From: Oligoflexia bacterium | Lineage (GTDB): Bacteria; Bdellovibrionota; UBA1018; CAIMNF01 | Assembly: GCA_903831745.1 (NCBI GenBank) | Contig: CAIKYX010000261.1 | Location: forward strand, 4,685-68,684 | DNA length: 64,000 nt | Direction of reading: 5' to 3' | Shown: positions 39,263 to 50,352 of the stretch, piece by piece | Position numbering within the stretch: the stretch's first letter is position 1 | Layout of the letters: each line of letters begins with the position of its first letter | Program-made: the position numbers and the translations under genes | Notes under the pieces: model-generated | Told to the model about the DNA's origin: nothing | Seen by the model: the letters and a program-made list of their open reading frames with translations, nothing else | Database searches by the model: none

Positions 39263-42200
39263 TGGTCGGGAACCAGATCGAGCTAAAATTTAACTCGCTC
39301 CTCGCCCATGCTTTCTCGGTTTTGAAGCTTGCAACCCAAGCGGGACCGAAGAGCCCGCCCCTCATTGTGATCCTCATTCACTCAAAAGAGCTGCTTGAAG
39401 ATTACTTTTCACTGCTGCAAACGCTGATCAATGCAGATGGCCATGCCGTTTCACTTCACCAATGGCAAGCATGGGAACATCCACCGTTCTCGCCCGTTGC
39501 TTCGTCCATCACGCAGAAAATAGATCGCCTGAAGACCCTTTACTCGATTACGGGAGCTAAGACACCGACTATTGTCCTGGCGACCGTCGAAGCCTGGATT
39601 CAACCCACCGTTCCGAAGGAAAACTATCAAAGCAATCATTTGGTACTCGAATTGAATCAAGATGTGGGCTCTCGAGAACAGCTTCGAGAACGCCTGCAAG
39701 CCTTGGGGTACTTGAAAGCGGATGTTGTAGACGAGCCCGGTCAATATGCCGTAAGAGGAGAGATCCTAGACCTCTTTATTCCGCATGCTCCAGCACCTTA
39801 CCGGATTGAATTTTTTGACACGGTCGTTGAGGCCATTCGAACGTTTCATCCCGAAACCCAAAGAACCCAGAGTTCAAACGAGCCGATTCGAAGTCTCGAG
39901 ATCACTCCTGCCGAAGAAATTCTCTTTCCGTGGAAAGATTTCTCGGTAGTTCTAGAACGGGTAAAGGCCTATTCCGACCAGCGGCAAATCTCGAGAAAGA
40001 TCAGGGATCCGATTTTCGAGAACATTCGGAACGGCTTTTTGCCCGATCACTTTAGGACCTGGATTCCGTTTATTCATGAAAAATGCGGGGCACTTCTCGA
40101 TTATCTCCCCGAACACACGTCTTTAATCACTTTCGAGCCCGAACAACTCAAAATCGAGCTCACCCAAACCCTGGATTATCTCAAAAAAGAGGAAGTTCGC
40201 TATTCTCAACCTCACTGGATCACTCCCGATTTTTCTCAACTCTATTCTCGGGCAGAGGCGTTGCTCGCGCAAGCCATTCAGTCGTCGCGTTTCATCATTC
40301 GAAACGCCCCACTATCTGATCGGGCGCTCGCTCCGATTCCGTCTGAACCCGTTTCCGAGCTCAGGCTCGATGAAAAGGCCGTTTACGAGTGGCTTGAGGA
40401 CGGCTTCTTTGTCTGGATTGGAAGCCGTGGGATTTCTCATCAAGAGCGCCTGAAATTTATTTTAAAGCGGGTGCTCAGCAAGCCAGGCCTGAAATTTCTA
40501 GCGGACGACCCTCGCGAATCGCTGCAGTTCCTGACCGAAAAAACCATCATCTTATCGGAAGACCTTTTTCTCGGAAAGTCGCAGGCCGCAGTCAAGAAAA
40601 AGAGCACCCCACACGTGTTTCCGAAAACAGAGGGCCTGCCTTCCGAAGAACTCACTCACCTCAGTGATCTTTCGATCGGTGATTTTGTAGTTCATGCCAC
40701 CCACGGTGTCGGAAAATATGTGGCCCTTCAGGAACTTCAGTCCCAAGGAAGAAACCTGGGAGAATACCTTCTGATCGAATATTCGGGTGGTGACCGATTG
40801 TTTCTTCCGGTCTATCGCTTAAACACAATTCAGCGTTATGTGGGTGCGGGTGGAAACCCATCACTCGACAAACTCGGAACCGCCCAATTCGAGAAAGCGA
40901 AACAAAAAGCGCGTGACTCGGCCCGAAAACTGGCAATCAACCTGATCGAAATCTACGCGAAACGAGAACTCCTGAAGGGCGTTCCCTTCGCACCCGAAGA
41001 CCAGAGCTATTTCGATTTCGTAGACGAGTTCGAATTTCAGGAAACCGAAGGGCAACTCAAGGCCACACAGGACACACTTCATGACTTAGAGAGCGGAAAA
41101 TTGCTCGATCGTCTGGTGTGCGGAGACGTGGGATTCGGAAAAACCGAAGTGGCCATGCGGGCCGCCTTTCAAGCAGTGCAAAGCGGATACCAGGTGGCAC
41201 TTTTGGTACCCACCACCTTGCTTGCCTTTCAACACGAACAATCGTTTCGTAGGCGTTTTAAGAATTTTCCGGTTCAGATTGAATCGATTTCGCGCTTTAA
41301 ATCTAAGAAAATGCAGCAAGAGGTGCTGAAGTCGCTTGCGGAGGGAAAAATCGACATCCTGGTCGGAACCCATCGCCTGATTTCGAAAGATGTAGAATGG
41401 AACAAGCTCGGACTCTTGATCATTGATGAAGAACATCGCTTTGGGGTAGAGCACAAAGAAAAGATCAAGGCAGTGCAGGCCAACACCCATACCCTGACCC
41501 TGACGGCCACGCCGATTCCAAGAACCCTGAATATGGCTATTTCGGGACTAAAAGATATCAGCTTGATCAAGACGCCACCCACGAATCGTCAGCCGATTAA
41601 GACTTTCGTCTCTCACGACTCTGAAGAGTTGATCAAATCTGCGCTCGAAAACGAGCTCGCGCGAGGCGGCCAGGTGTTTTATCTCTACAACCGGGTTGCA
41701 TCAATCTTCAAGAAAGCGGAAGAGCTTCAAAAACTCGTTCCCCAGGCAAAAATCATCGTTGCGCACGGACAAATGAAAGAAGACGAAATTGAATCAAAAA
41801 TGATCGAATTCTATCAGGGTCAGGCGCAAATACTGGTGTGTACCACCATCATCGAATCCGGAATCGATGTGCCGAATGCCGGAACCATTATCATTCAAAA
41901 TGCGGATCGCCTGGGATTGGCCCAGCTCTACCAGATCCGCGGCCGGGTGGGACGGAGTCACCGAAAAGCGTTTGCCTATTTATTAGTCGATGAAGAAAGA
42001 ACACTTACCCAGGAAGCAAAAATGCGCCTCGATGTGCTTCAACGGTTCATCGAACTCGGAAGTGGCTTTCAGATCGCCTCGTACGATCTCGAAATCCGCG
42101 GCGGCGGTAACTTTCTCGGTGCAGAACAATCGGGTCACATCGCCTCAGTGGGACTCGATCTGTTTACCGAACTTCTCGAAGAAGCGGTACAAGAGCTGCG

Positions 42201-42732
42201 TGGTCAAAAAATTGACATCGATGAGCGGCATTTTGAGCCAGAAATTCAAGTTCCGGTAACTTGCGAGATTTCTCCAAAACTGATCGAAGACCCAAAAATG
42301 CGGCTCTCATTTTATCGAAAACTTTCAAATGCCCGAACGGATGCCCAATTGGATTCACTTCACGAAGAGCTGGTCGATCGCTTTGGCGAGCTTCCAGAAG
42401 AGGTGACCAATCTTTTCTGGCTGATCCGAATTAAAAACCTACTCAAGCGTGTAGGCGTTGAACAACTTTCGACCTCACCGGTTCGAAGCTCACTCACTGT
42501 CAGAAAAACCACGCTAATCGACGTAAACGAGGTGATGAAACTCTATACTGGGCCGCCAAAAATCCGCGATCCGCGAGTTTCGATCACTCCAGACTCGAAA
42601 ATCGTGCTTCAGGCTCCGTTTCAGTCGATGCAGTCACTTCTTTTCGAGCTTGAAGGTTTTTTTAAGAAAATCGCCCCAAAAGCATTTGAAACGATTGAAA
42701 ACCCAAAAAGCACTGATAGACTAAGCTTATGA
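39262..42732 (+). CDS. mfd: transcription-repair coupling factor
   Basis: AVRGEILD, VVHATHGVG (RID), CGDVGFGKTEVA, IIDEEHRFG, TATPIPRTL, QIRGRVGRS, DLEIRGGG. Confidence 0.97.
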   Translation: MVGNQIELKFNSLLAHAFSVLKLATQAGPKSPPLIVILIHSKELLEDYFSLLQTLINADGHAVSLHQWQAWEHPPFSPVASSITQKIDRLKTLYSITGAKTPTIVLATVEAWIQPTVPKENYQSNHLVLELNQDVGSREQLRERLQALGYLKADVVDEPGQYAVRGEILDLFIPHAPAPYRIEFFDTVVEAIRTFHPETQRTQSSNEPIRSLEITPAEEILFPWKDFSVVLERVKAYSDQRQISRKIRDPIFENIRNGFLPDHFRTWIPFIHEKCGALLDYLPEHTSLITFEPEQLKIELTQTLDYLKKEEVRYSQPHWITPDFSQLYSRAEALLAQAIQSSRFIIRNAPLSDRALAPIPSEPVSELRLDEKAVYEWLEDGFFVWIGSRGISHQERLKFILKRVLSKPGLKFLADDPRESLQFLTEKTIILSEDLFLGKSQAAVKKKSTPHVFPKTEGLPSEELTHLSDLSIGDFVVHATHGVGKYVALQELQSQGRNLGEYLLIEYSGGDRLFLPVYRLNTIQRYVGAGGNPSLDKLGTAQFEKAKQKARDSARKLAINLIEIYAKRELLKGVPFAPEDQSYFDFVDEFEFQETEGQLKATQDTLHDLESGKLLDRLVCGDVGFGKTEVAMRAAFQAVQSGYQVALLVPTTLLAFQHEQSFRRRFKNFPVQIESISRFKSKKMQQEVLKSLAEGKIDILVGTHRLISKDVEWNKLGLLIIDEEHRFGVEHKEKIKAVQANTHTLTLTATPIPRTLNMAISGLKDISLIKTPPTNRQPIKTFVSHDSEELIKSALENELARGGQVFYLYNRVASIFKKAEELQKLVPQAKIIVAHGQMKEDEIESKMIEFYQGQAQILVCTTIIESGIDVPNAGTIIIQNADRLGLAQLYQIRGRVGRSHRKAFAYLLVDEERTLTQEAKMRLDVLQRFIELGSGFQIASYDLEIRGGGNFLGAEQSGHIASVGLDLFTELLEEAVQELRGQKIDIDERHFEPEIQVPVTCEISPKLIEDPKMRLSFYRKLSNARTDAQLDSLHEELVDRFGELPEEVTNLFWLIRIKNLLKRVGVEQLSTSPVRSSLTVRKTTLIDVNEVMKLYTGPPKIRDPRVSITPDSKIVLQAPFQSMQSLLFELEGFFKKIAPKAFETIENPKSTDRLSL

Positions 42733-43520
42733 AACAAATGATTCTTTTAGCTGTGGTAATGGGTCTGCACGGTTTAAACGCATTTGCTGCAATCGAAGCA
42801 GCATCGGTAAATGGCAAAGCCATTACGATTGAACAAGTGAATTCGCGATTTGCGGCGGGAGATGTCGCAAGCAAACGCGCGGCCCTCGACGAGCTCATCA
42901 AGCATGAGTCAGCGGTTCAAGAAGCCAAGAAAATGAAATTGGATCAGGATCCAGCGGTTCAAGCCCAAATGGATAATGTCCTGGTGGCTGCACTTCTGGA
43001 TAGAAAAGTAGGCCCTGAGTTCAACAAGCTTACCGTTTCAGAAGCCGAGGCAAAAAATTATTACGCCAAGAACCCTGAAATGCGGACCAGCCACATCTAT
43101 ATCGCGCTTCCTTCAGACGACAGCAACAAAGAGCTGGTTCAAAAAGCAACAGACAAGCTCAAAGGCATTCTGGCCGACATCAAGGCAGGCAAAGTCTCTT
43201 TTGCTGAAGCCGCCCAAGCCAATTCTGAAGATGCAAGCTCGGTCGTCGGTGGTGACATGGATTACCGCATGAAGGACCGCATGGAGCCTGAATATTATGA
43301 AGCCGCTATGAAGCTTAAGGTTGGCGAGATGAGTGGTCTCGTTCGTACCGCTTTCGGGCTTCACATCATTCGCCTGACCGCCAAGCACACCTGGACCCAG
43401 GTCAACCACACTCAAGTGAAGCGAATTATGGTTGAAGAAAAGCGTGCAGAGCTGGTTGGTCGGTATTTAAACGATTTGCGTCAAAAAGCCAAAGTTTCGG
43501 TCAACGACAAAGCCCTTTAA
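42729..43520 (+). CDS. periplasmic parvulin-type peptidyl-prolyl isomerase
   Basis: Signal peptide, SHI, SED...GGD, SGLVRTAFGLHII. Confidence 0.9.
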   Translation: MKQMILLAVVMGLHGLNAFAAIEAASVNGKAITIEQVNSRFAAGDVASKRAALDELIKHESAVQEAKKMKLDQDPAVQAQMDNVLVAALLDRKVGPEFNKLTVSEAEAKNYYAKNPEMRTSHIYIALPSDDSNKELVQKATDKLKGILADIKAGKVSFAEAAQANSEDASSVVGGDMDYRMKDRMEPEYYEAAMKLKVGEMSGLVRTAFGLHIIRLTAKHTWTQVNHTQVKRIMVEEKRAELVGRYLNDLRQKAKVSVNDKAL

Positions 43521-43560
43521 GGTTGGCATTCACTGCTGATTATGAGAAATCTTGAATGTG

Positions 43561-44532
43561 ATGAGCATTCAAGATTTTTTTTTGGCAAGCCTTTGTTCTG
43601 CTTTGATTTTAACCGGTAGCTGCACCTCAGCACGGGCCGCTCTGGTTGAGAGGGTCGAGGCGGTGGTCAACAAGAAAGCCATCTATAAATCAGACATCGA
43701 TCGATTTAGAAAAATGGTGCCCCTTCGCATGAAGGTAGACCCACTTTTTTCTAACGACCCACTCGCCAAGAAGGCCAGCGCTACTGACTCTGAAATTGTA
43801 AGTTTTCTCATTGATGAAACCATCGTGGTCGAAAAGTTTCAAGTCAACGACGGCGAAGTCGAGCAAGAGATCACTGGCATTCAAGGCAATCTGCATATCG
43901 ACCGCGATCAACTCAAGGCGGCCATCGTTCGAGAAGGCTTTACCTTCGAGCAGTACTTTAATCTCATGCGCGTCTCAATCGCCAAAAGACAACTGATCGA
44001 CCGCGAGATTAGAAATAAGGCCACCGTATCGGATGACGACCTGAAGGCAGAATTCAAACGCCAACACTCAACCGCCAAAAACTTCAGTGGCGCGTTTCAT
44101 ATTTCACTCGTCAAGTTCGCAAAGAAAACCTACAAGACACCACTGTTGGCAAAAGCTGAAGCCCTGAAAGCAGAAGAAGAGCTCAAAAAAGGAACCTCTT
44201 TTGAAGAGATGGTTAAAAAATATGGCGATGATGCGGCCTCAGCCACCGGGGGCGACCTGGGGTATCTGAGTTACTCAGAAATGAGTCCGGAGCTTCAAAA
44301 AGAGGTTCACAAACTCGGACCGCAAAAGACCAGCTCGGTCATTGAAACCAAAAACGAATTCATGATCGTCAAAGTAGGGGATGTCAAAGCGGATGTCGAC
44401 GCCGCTTACGACAAAGAGCGCGAAGCACTTCGCTCTAAACTGCTTGAAGGCGAATTTGCACACCAAGTTCGCCTCTGGCTCGACAATCAAAGAAATCAAA
44501 ATTACGTAAGGATCACCGCACCGAAAGCATGA
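43561..44532 (+). CDS. surA: SurA-like chaperone/PPIase
   Basis: RVEAVVN...SD N-domain, GGDLGY; immediately upstream of pdxA as in surA-pdxA operons. Confidence 0.8.
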   Translation: MSIQDFFLASLCSALILTGSCTSARAALVERVEAVVNKKAIYKSDIDRFRKMVPLRMKVDPLFSNDPLAKKASATDSEIVSFLIDETIVVEKFQVNDGEVEQEITGIQGNLHIDRDQLKAAIVREGFTFEQYFNLMRVSIAKRQLIDREIRNKATVSDDDLKAEFKRQHSTAKNFSGAFHISLVKFAKKTYKTPLLAKAEALKAEEELKKGTSFEEMVKKYGDDAASATGGDLGYLSYSEMSPELQKEVHKLGPQKTSSVIETKNEFMIVKVGDVKADVDAAYDKEREALRSKLLEGEFAHQVRLWLDNQRNQNYVRITAPKA

Positions 44533-45467
44533 AAAACTTATCTCTGGTGATTACCCCGGGAGATCCAGAGGGCGTCGGTCCCGAGGTCACTGCAAAAGCC
44601 CTTTCGAAACTTGCTCCCAAACTCAAGTCCTGGGATGTGGTCATTTTTGGCGCTCAAAAACCATTTCAAAAGCACAAGAGTCTGATTAAAAAAGCAGCGC
44701 CCGTATTTTTTGAACCTCCCACCCGTTCGAGTCCCGGTTACCAATCAGGTTGGGCTATCGATGCGGCGACTCAATTCATGTTGGCCTCTCCGAAAAAAAG
44801 AGTGCTCGTCACCGGCCCCATCAGCAAGGAGCGGCTGCAAGCAGCGGGCTACCAATATAATGGTCACACCGATTTTTTAGCTGCACTTTCGGGTACGCCG
44901 CAAGTCACGATGATGCTTGCGAATGAGTTCTTCAGTGTCGTTCTTGCCACCGACCATTGTCCACTTAAGTTGGTTTCAAAAAATCTGCATCCGAAAAACA
45001 TCCTGCAGACCCTTGCCCATGCTTATGAGTTTTCAAAAAACCTTCAAAAGAAAAGGCGTCCCCGCATTGCCATTTTGGGCTTAAACCCCCATGCCGGAGA
45101 AAATGGACTACTGGGTAATGAAGAAAAAGACATTTTGATTCCTGTCATGAAGGCATTTTCAGATAAATTTCCGGATGCAGTTCTGAACGGTCCTCTTTCA
45201 GCGGATTCATTTTTCGCGGTGGAGCTAAAGAAGAAACCAGCCGAACGTCACGATGTCATTCTCGCCATGTATCACGATCAAGGATTGATACCGGTCAAAC
45301 TCTCGGGTTTTTCTAAAAGCATCAACATGACTCTAGGACTTCCGTTCATTCGAACCTCGGTCGATCACGGCACCGCCTTTAATATCGCAGGAAAAAACAA
45401 AGCCGATCCGGGAAGCATGATTTATGCGATCACCCGCGCTATTCAATATTCAGGAGCAAAAATATGA
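44529..45467 (+). CDS. pdxA: 4-hydroxythreonine-4-phosphate dehydrogenase
   Basis: GDPEGVGPE, GHTDFLA, LNPHAGE, MYHDQGL, RTSVDHGTA. Confidence 0.96.
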   Translation: MKNLSLVITPGDPEGVGPEVTAKALSKLAPKLKSWDVVIFGAQKPFQKHKSLIKKAAPVFFEPPTRSSPGYQSGWAIDAATQFMLASPKKRVLVTGPISKERLQAAGYQYNGHTDFLAALSGTPQVTMMLANEFFSVVLATDHCPLKLVSKNLHPKNILQTLAHAYEFSKNLQKKRRPRIAILGLNPHAGENGLLGNEEKDILIPVMKAFSDKFPDAVLNGPLSADSFFAVELKKKPAERHDVILAMYHDQGLIPVKLSGFSKSINMTLGLPFIRTSVDHGTAFNIAGKNKADPGSMIYAITRAIQYSGAKI

Positions 45468-46870
45468 AAATCAATGAAACCATTTTTCGTGAATACGACA
45501 TTCGAGGAATCGCGGGCAACGATTTGACTGCAGAATTCGCCAAAACCCTGGGGCTTACTTATGCGGAATATGCGTTCGAGAAACTGGGCAAAGATTCAAT
45601 CACGATCAGCGTGGGTCGCGACTGTCGCCTTTCGAGCGATGAATACGCCGACGCCCTGATCGCGGGCCTAAGAGAGGGCGGAATCAATGTGCTGAACATT
45701 GGCGTGTGCCCGACTCCGCTCACCTACTTCTCTATTTTTCATTACCACACTGACGGCGGAATCATGGTCACGGGCTCTCATAATCCGGCCAATTACAACG
45801 GTTTTAAAATCTGCCTGCAAAAAAACACCATTCATGGCGAAGAGATTCAAGTTCTAAAACGTATTTTCATGAAAAATGTGTTCACGAAGCGCAAGCACGG
45901 TACCCAAAAGGACGAACCCATCATTCCGTACTATCAGGATTATGTTTCTGAACAATCCAAGCCCGCACGCAAGCTCAAGGTCGTTCTCGATGCCGGAAAC
46001 GGTACCGCCTCGACCGTGGCTCCACTTTTATTCAAAGAAATTGGCGCCGAAGTCATCGAACTCTATTGCGAGCTCGACGGTCGCTTTCCCAACCACCATC
46101 CAGACCCGACTGTTCCTAAAAACCTTACGGCACTCATCGCCGCGGTCAAGGAACACAAGGCCGACTTCGGAGTGGGTTACGATGGCGATTCCGACCGAAT
46201 CGGCGCAGTCGACGAAAATGGCCGGGTGATTTTCGGTGACGAACTGATGGTTATTTTTGCCCGCGATGTTCTCGCTCATCACCCCGGAGCCACCATTATC
46301 TCTGAGGTCAAATCGAGCAATCGCCTGTATCAAGACATCGAGAAGCGGGGCGGAAAAGGCATCATGTGGAAAACCGGCCACTCGCTGATCAAATCGAAGA
46401 TGAAAGAAACCAATGCACTTCTGGCAGGCGAAATGTCGGGCCACATCTTCTTTGCCGATCGTTGGTTTGGTTTCGATGACGCCATTTATGCCTCGGTTCG
46501 CCTTTATGAAATTGTGGCAAAAAACGGTAAACTCTCTGAGTTGATGTCGGGTCTAAAACCGGTAGTCAGCACTCCCGAGATCAGAATTGACTGCGAAGAA
46601 GACAAGAAGTTTGCTTTGATCGAAGAAACTGCAAAGCTATTGCAAGACGCTTCGGCTAAACTGACCACCATTGATGGCCTCAGAGTAGACTACGAAGACC
46701 GCTGGGGATTGATTCGTGCTTCGAACACTCAGCCGGTCATTGTCATGAGATTCGAAGCTCATACCGAAGCGCTCTTAAATGAAATTAAGTCGCGGTTCGA
46801 AGCCGCACTCGAAACAGCCGGAAAGAAGTTGGGTCATGGCAAGTTCGAATTCACCGAAAAGTCTCACTAA
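45464..46870 (+). CDS. phosphomannomutase/phosphoglucomutase
   Basis: FREYDIRG, TGSHNP, DGDSDR, GEMSGH, RASNTQP. Confidence 0.95.
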   Translation: MKINETIFREYDIRGIAGNDLTAEFAKTLGLTYAEYAFEKLGKDSITISVGRDCRLSSDEYADALIAGLREGGINVLNIGVCPTPLTYFSIFHYHTDGGIMVTGSHNPANYNGFKICLQKNTIHGEEIQVLKRIFMKNVFTKRKHGTQKDEPIIPYYQDYVSEQSKPARKLKVVLDAGNGTASTVAPLLFKEIGAEVIELYCELDGRFPNHHPDPTVPKNLTALIAAVKEHKADFGVGYDGDSDRIGAVDENGRVIFGDELMVIFARDVLAHHPGATIISEVKSSNRLYQDIEKRGGKGIMWKTGHSLIKSKMKETNALLAGEMSGHIFFADRWFGFDDAIYASVRLYEIVAKNGKLSELMSGLKPVVSTPEIRIDCEEDKKFALIEETAKLLQDASAKLTTIDGLRVDYEDRWGLIRASNTQPVIVMRFEAHTEALLNEIKSRFEAALETAGKKLGHGKFEFTEKSH

Positions 46871-49439
46871 ACGTTCTACCAGAAACGATAGTGAAATCAC
46901 CATTCGTGGCGCTCGCGTTCATAACTTAAAGAACATCAGCGTCAGCATTCCTCATCGCTCGCTGACCGTAATTACGGGGCCATCGGGATCCGGAAAATCG
47001 TCGCTCGCGTTTGATACGATTCATGCCGAAGGACAACGTCGTTATATCGAGACGTTTTCGACTTATGCCCGTCAGTTTCTAGAACAAATCGAAAAGCCGG
47101 ACGTGGATGAACTTCAGGGATTATCGCCCACGATCGCCATTCTACAAAAGACTACGTCGTACAATCCTCGCTCTACTGTTGGAACTGTCACCGAAATTTA
47201 CGATCACTTGCGGCTTTTGTTCGCCAGAATCTCGCATGCGTTTTGCCCGAACTGCGGAGACCCGATCGAATCCTCCTCGACCCAACAAATCGTAGATTCG
47301 ATTCTGACGTACCCAGAAGGCACAAAGATTTCGATTCTTGCTCCGATTGCGCGCGAGAAAAAAGGCGAGTTTCAGAAGGAACTTCTGTCACTCAGACAAA
47401 AGGGTTACACCAAAGCCAGAATTGACGGCGAAATTCGAGACTTGGCCGACCCCATTCGGTTAGAAAAAACCTACAAGCATACGATCGAAATCGTCATTGA
47501 CCGGGCAATCATCAAGCCCAAAGACAGCGCACTTGCTGCACGCTTGTTTGATAGCGTCGATCTGGGTTTAAAACTGACCAAGGGATCGCTCAATCTTCTC
47601 GAACAGTTGCCTAACGGAAAAACAACCGAAAGGTTCGTGTCGCAGAACTTCGCCTGTACGAAGTGTGATATTTATTTGCCCACACCAGAACCCCGCGTCT
47701 TCTCATTCAATAGCCCAATGGGAGCCTGCAAGACTTGCGATGGCTTGGGGTACGAGAATTTTGATGAAGAAGAGGCCGAAGAAAGTGACGAGGTAACCGA
47801 CGCTCACACCTACACTTTTCACAAAGTTTGTCCTGATTGCAAAGGCTCGAGGCTATCAGTCGAAGCCCGTTCTTTTAAGATTTCGAAACTGAACATTTCT
47901 GAAGTCTGCGAAAAACCCATCGACAAACTCGATGAATTTCTAGAGAGCATCAAGCTCTCAGAGCGCGAGAAGAAAATTGCCGAGGGCCTGATCAAAGAAA
48001 CCCACGAGCGTGTGGGATTTTTAACCAAGGTCGGGGTCGGCTATTTATCACTCAGTCGTCCGCTTTTTTCACTCTCCGGAGGTGAATCTCAGCGCATTCG
48101 ACTGGCGTCGCAGCTGGGCAGTTCTCTGGTGGGTATTACTTATATTTTGGATGAGCCATCGATCGGCCTTCATCCTCGCGATAACAAACTTCTGATCGAT
48201 AGTCTGAAGCGCTTACGCGACATGGGTAATACCGTGGTCGTGGTCGAACACGACGAAGAAACCATGATGGCAAGTGACTATATCGTCGACATCGGTCCGG
48301 GTGCCGGCGTGAATGGTGGTTCCGTTATTGTGGCAGGAACTCCAGACGTCGTTAGTCACGACAAGAACAGCCTGACCGGAAAATATTTGCTGAAGACGCT
48401 TCAGGTAAATCCGCCAAAAACGAGAAGAAAGGCTGATCTTAAGAAGGTACTCAAACTCGAGAAGGTTTCTCTGAACAATCTCGAGAATGTTTCTGCGTCG
48501 ATTCCACTCGGAATCTTTACCTGCGTGACCGGCGTCTCTGGTAGCGGCAAGAGTTCGCTCATCATCGATACGCTCTACCCAAAACTGCTCAATCACTTTT
48601 ACGACTCGACGATTCCGGAGATGACTGCAAAGATCACGCAAGGCCTCGATCAAGTCGATAAGGTGATCGAAATCGATCAGAATCCGATCGGCCGAACGCC
48701 GAGATCGAATCCGGCGACTTATACCGGTGTCTTTGGTTTTATTCGCGCACTCTTCGCACAATTGCCAGATGCCCAACTCAGATCCTTTAAGCCGGGACGT
48801 TTTTCGTTCAATGTCAAAGGCGGACGTTGTGACGATTGCGGCGGCGACGGCATCAAAAAAATTACGATGAATTTCATGGCTGATGCTCATATTACTTGCG
48901 AAACCTGCAAGGGCTCGCGCTATAAGGCCGATACCCTTCAGGTTCTCTTCAAGGGCAAGAATATCGCGGAGGTTCTTGCGATGTCGGTCGAAGAGGCGCT
49001 CGTATTCTTTCAGAATATTCCACCCGTCAAAGACAAGCTTCAAGTGATGAACGATGTGGGCCTAGGGTATGTAAAGCTCGGTCAATCCGCAACGACGCTT
49101 TCGGGGGGCGAAGCTCAACGAATTAAACTGGCAAAAGAATTGGCCAAACGATCCACTGGCAAAACCGTATTTATTCTGGATGAGCCGTCTACTGGCCTTC
49201 ATTTTGACGATATCAAGAAGTTGCTTGGAATTCTTCATCGCCTCGTCGACCAAGGAAACACCGTGATCGTCATCGAACACAATCTCGACATCATTTGCTC
49301 GGCTGACTACATCATGGATCTCGGCCCCGAAGCCGGAGCAGGGGGCGGAAAAATTGTTGCCCAAGGTACTCCAGAAGAAGTGGCTAAAAGCAAAGACAGC
49401 AAGATCGCGCCATTTTTAAGAGAAAAATTTAAAAAGTAG
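46836..49439 (+). CDS. uvrA: excinuclease ABC subunit A (insertion domain absent)
   Basis: GPSGSGKSSLAFDT, LSGGESQRIRLA, GVSGSGKSS, FSFNVKGGRC, LSGGEAQR. Start taken at ATG 46836. Confidence 0.97.
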   Translation: MASSNSPKSLTKRSTRNDSEITIRGARVHNLKNISVSIPHRSLTVITGPSGSGKSSLAFDTIHAEGQRRYIETFSTYARQFLEQIEKPDVDELQGLSPTIAILQKTTSYNPRSTVGTVTEIYDHLRLLFARISHAFCPNCGDPIESSSTQQIVDSILTYPEGTKISILAPIAREKKGEFQKELLSLRQKGYTKARIDGEIRDLADPIRLEKTYKHTIEIVIDRAIIKPKDSALAARLFDSVDLGLKLTKGSLNLLEQLPNGKTTERFVSQNFACTKCDIYLPTPEPRVFSFNSPMGACKTCDGLGYENFDEEEAEESDEVTDAHTYTFHKVCPDCKGSRLSVEARSFKISKLNISEVCEKPIDKLDEFLESIKLSEREKKIAEGLIKETHERVGFLTKVGVGYLSLSRPLFSLSGGESQRIRLASQLGSSLVGITYILDEPSIGLHPRDNKLLIDSLKRLRDMGNTVVVVEHDEETMMASDYIVDIGPGAGVNGGSVIVAGTPDVVSHDKNSLTGKYLLKTLQVNPPKTRRKADLKKVLKLEKVSLNNLENVSASIPLGIFTCVTGVSGSGKSSLIIDTLYPKLLNHFYDSTIPEMTAKITQGLDQVDKVIEIDQNPIGRTPRSNPATYTGVFGFIRALFAQLPDAQLRSFKPGRFSFNVKGGRCDDCGGDGIKKITMNFMADAHITCETCKGSRYKADTLQVLFKGKNIAEVLAMSVEEALVFFQNIPPVKDKLQVMNDVGLGYVKLGQSATTLSGGEAQRIKLAKELAKRSTGKTVFILDEPSTGLHFDDIKKLLGILHRLVDQGNTVIVIEHNLDIICSADYIMDLGPEAGAGGGKIVAQGTPEEVAKSKDSKIAPFLREKFKK

Positions 49440-50352
49440 GCTTGGGAATGATCACCGCTTGGTTTTGATAAACATGAAAAACCAAGCGACCGTTTAGAAT
49501 CCCTACAGGAGAATTGGTTCCTAAATCATGCTCGAGCGGGAGTGACTGAACCACCATTCGATCATCTTTGAAATAAACGAGCGAGAATTCAGGAATCTCT
49601 GGGTTGGTCGCCTCAACGGTAATGCCGGCACGCTCAGCATACCCAACCACAGTACCTCCGGTAATCAGAGAGTTTGCTCTTTCTGTTCTCATCGTCCTAA
49701 GCTCATTGATTACGGTTTGGTACGGCGAAGTTTGCCAAGGATAGGTCCATTTGATTTTGACTTTGATCCTTGCAGTATAATGTTTGATTATCATCGCTAC
49801 GGTTTTGTCTTCAAACTGAATGAACTCATGCACAAAGTGTCTGTCGGCATTGAGCATGAATTCGCGTCCGCGCTGCTTACCTTTCGAAAGATCATCAAAG
49901 AGAGTCTCGAGAGCCCGTCCCACTGCAACGTCCTGGTCGCCATTAAAACCCTTAAATAAAATATCGCCCGTTATTCTTCCCTGACCATCTTTTCGTACAA
50001 CATTGACCTTGGCTTCCGAATCGAGCATGCGCCCCTGATATTTGAGGGTCAGCGTATTTTCATTTCCCAACGACAGAGTTACTTCATCATAGAGTGAAAC
50101 ACCGGCGTACACATTAGTAACATGACCCGATTTATGGATAGCGGCTTCAATCGCCATATAATCTGCAACTTTTTCGATCGGGGCCGTGTAACTCACCGAG
50201 GTAGATTCTCGAGTGCATTCGGTCGGAAAGAGTTTGATATCATTTGAAAATGGAACCGTCTCAACCAGACCCGCGCGAGCAGGTAGCGCCATCAAAAGTA
50301 GAGAAATAATGGCTAAAGATTGAAAGGCCGAGGTCATAGAAAATAAATCCAT
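49429..50352 (-). CDS. secreted hypothetical protein
   Basis: Signal peptide ending ARA; convergent with uvrA (11-nt overlap). Confidence 0.7.
   Translation of the reverse strand: MDLFSMTSAFQSLAIISLLLMALPARAGLVETVPFSNDIKLFPTECTRESTSVSYTAPIEKVADYMAIEAAIHKSGHVTNVYAGVSLYDEVTLSLGNENTLTLKYQGRMLDSEAKVNVVRKDGQGRITGDILFKGFNGDQDVAVGRALETLFDDLSKGKQRGREFMLNADRHFVHEFIQFEDKTVAMIIKHYTARIKVKIKWTYPWQTSPYQTVINELRTMRTERANSLITGGTVVGYAERAGITVEATNPEIPEFSLVYFKDDRMVVQSLPLEHDLGTNSPVGILNGRLVFHVYQNQAVIIPKPTF

Noticed and set aside
48213-49043. Long antisense ORFs (also 56657-57355 and many shorter ones in the track)
   Set aside because: They lie opposite conserved genes (uvrA, fabH, nuo, gyr) and show no motifs; consistent with codon-bias shadows.
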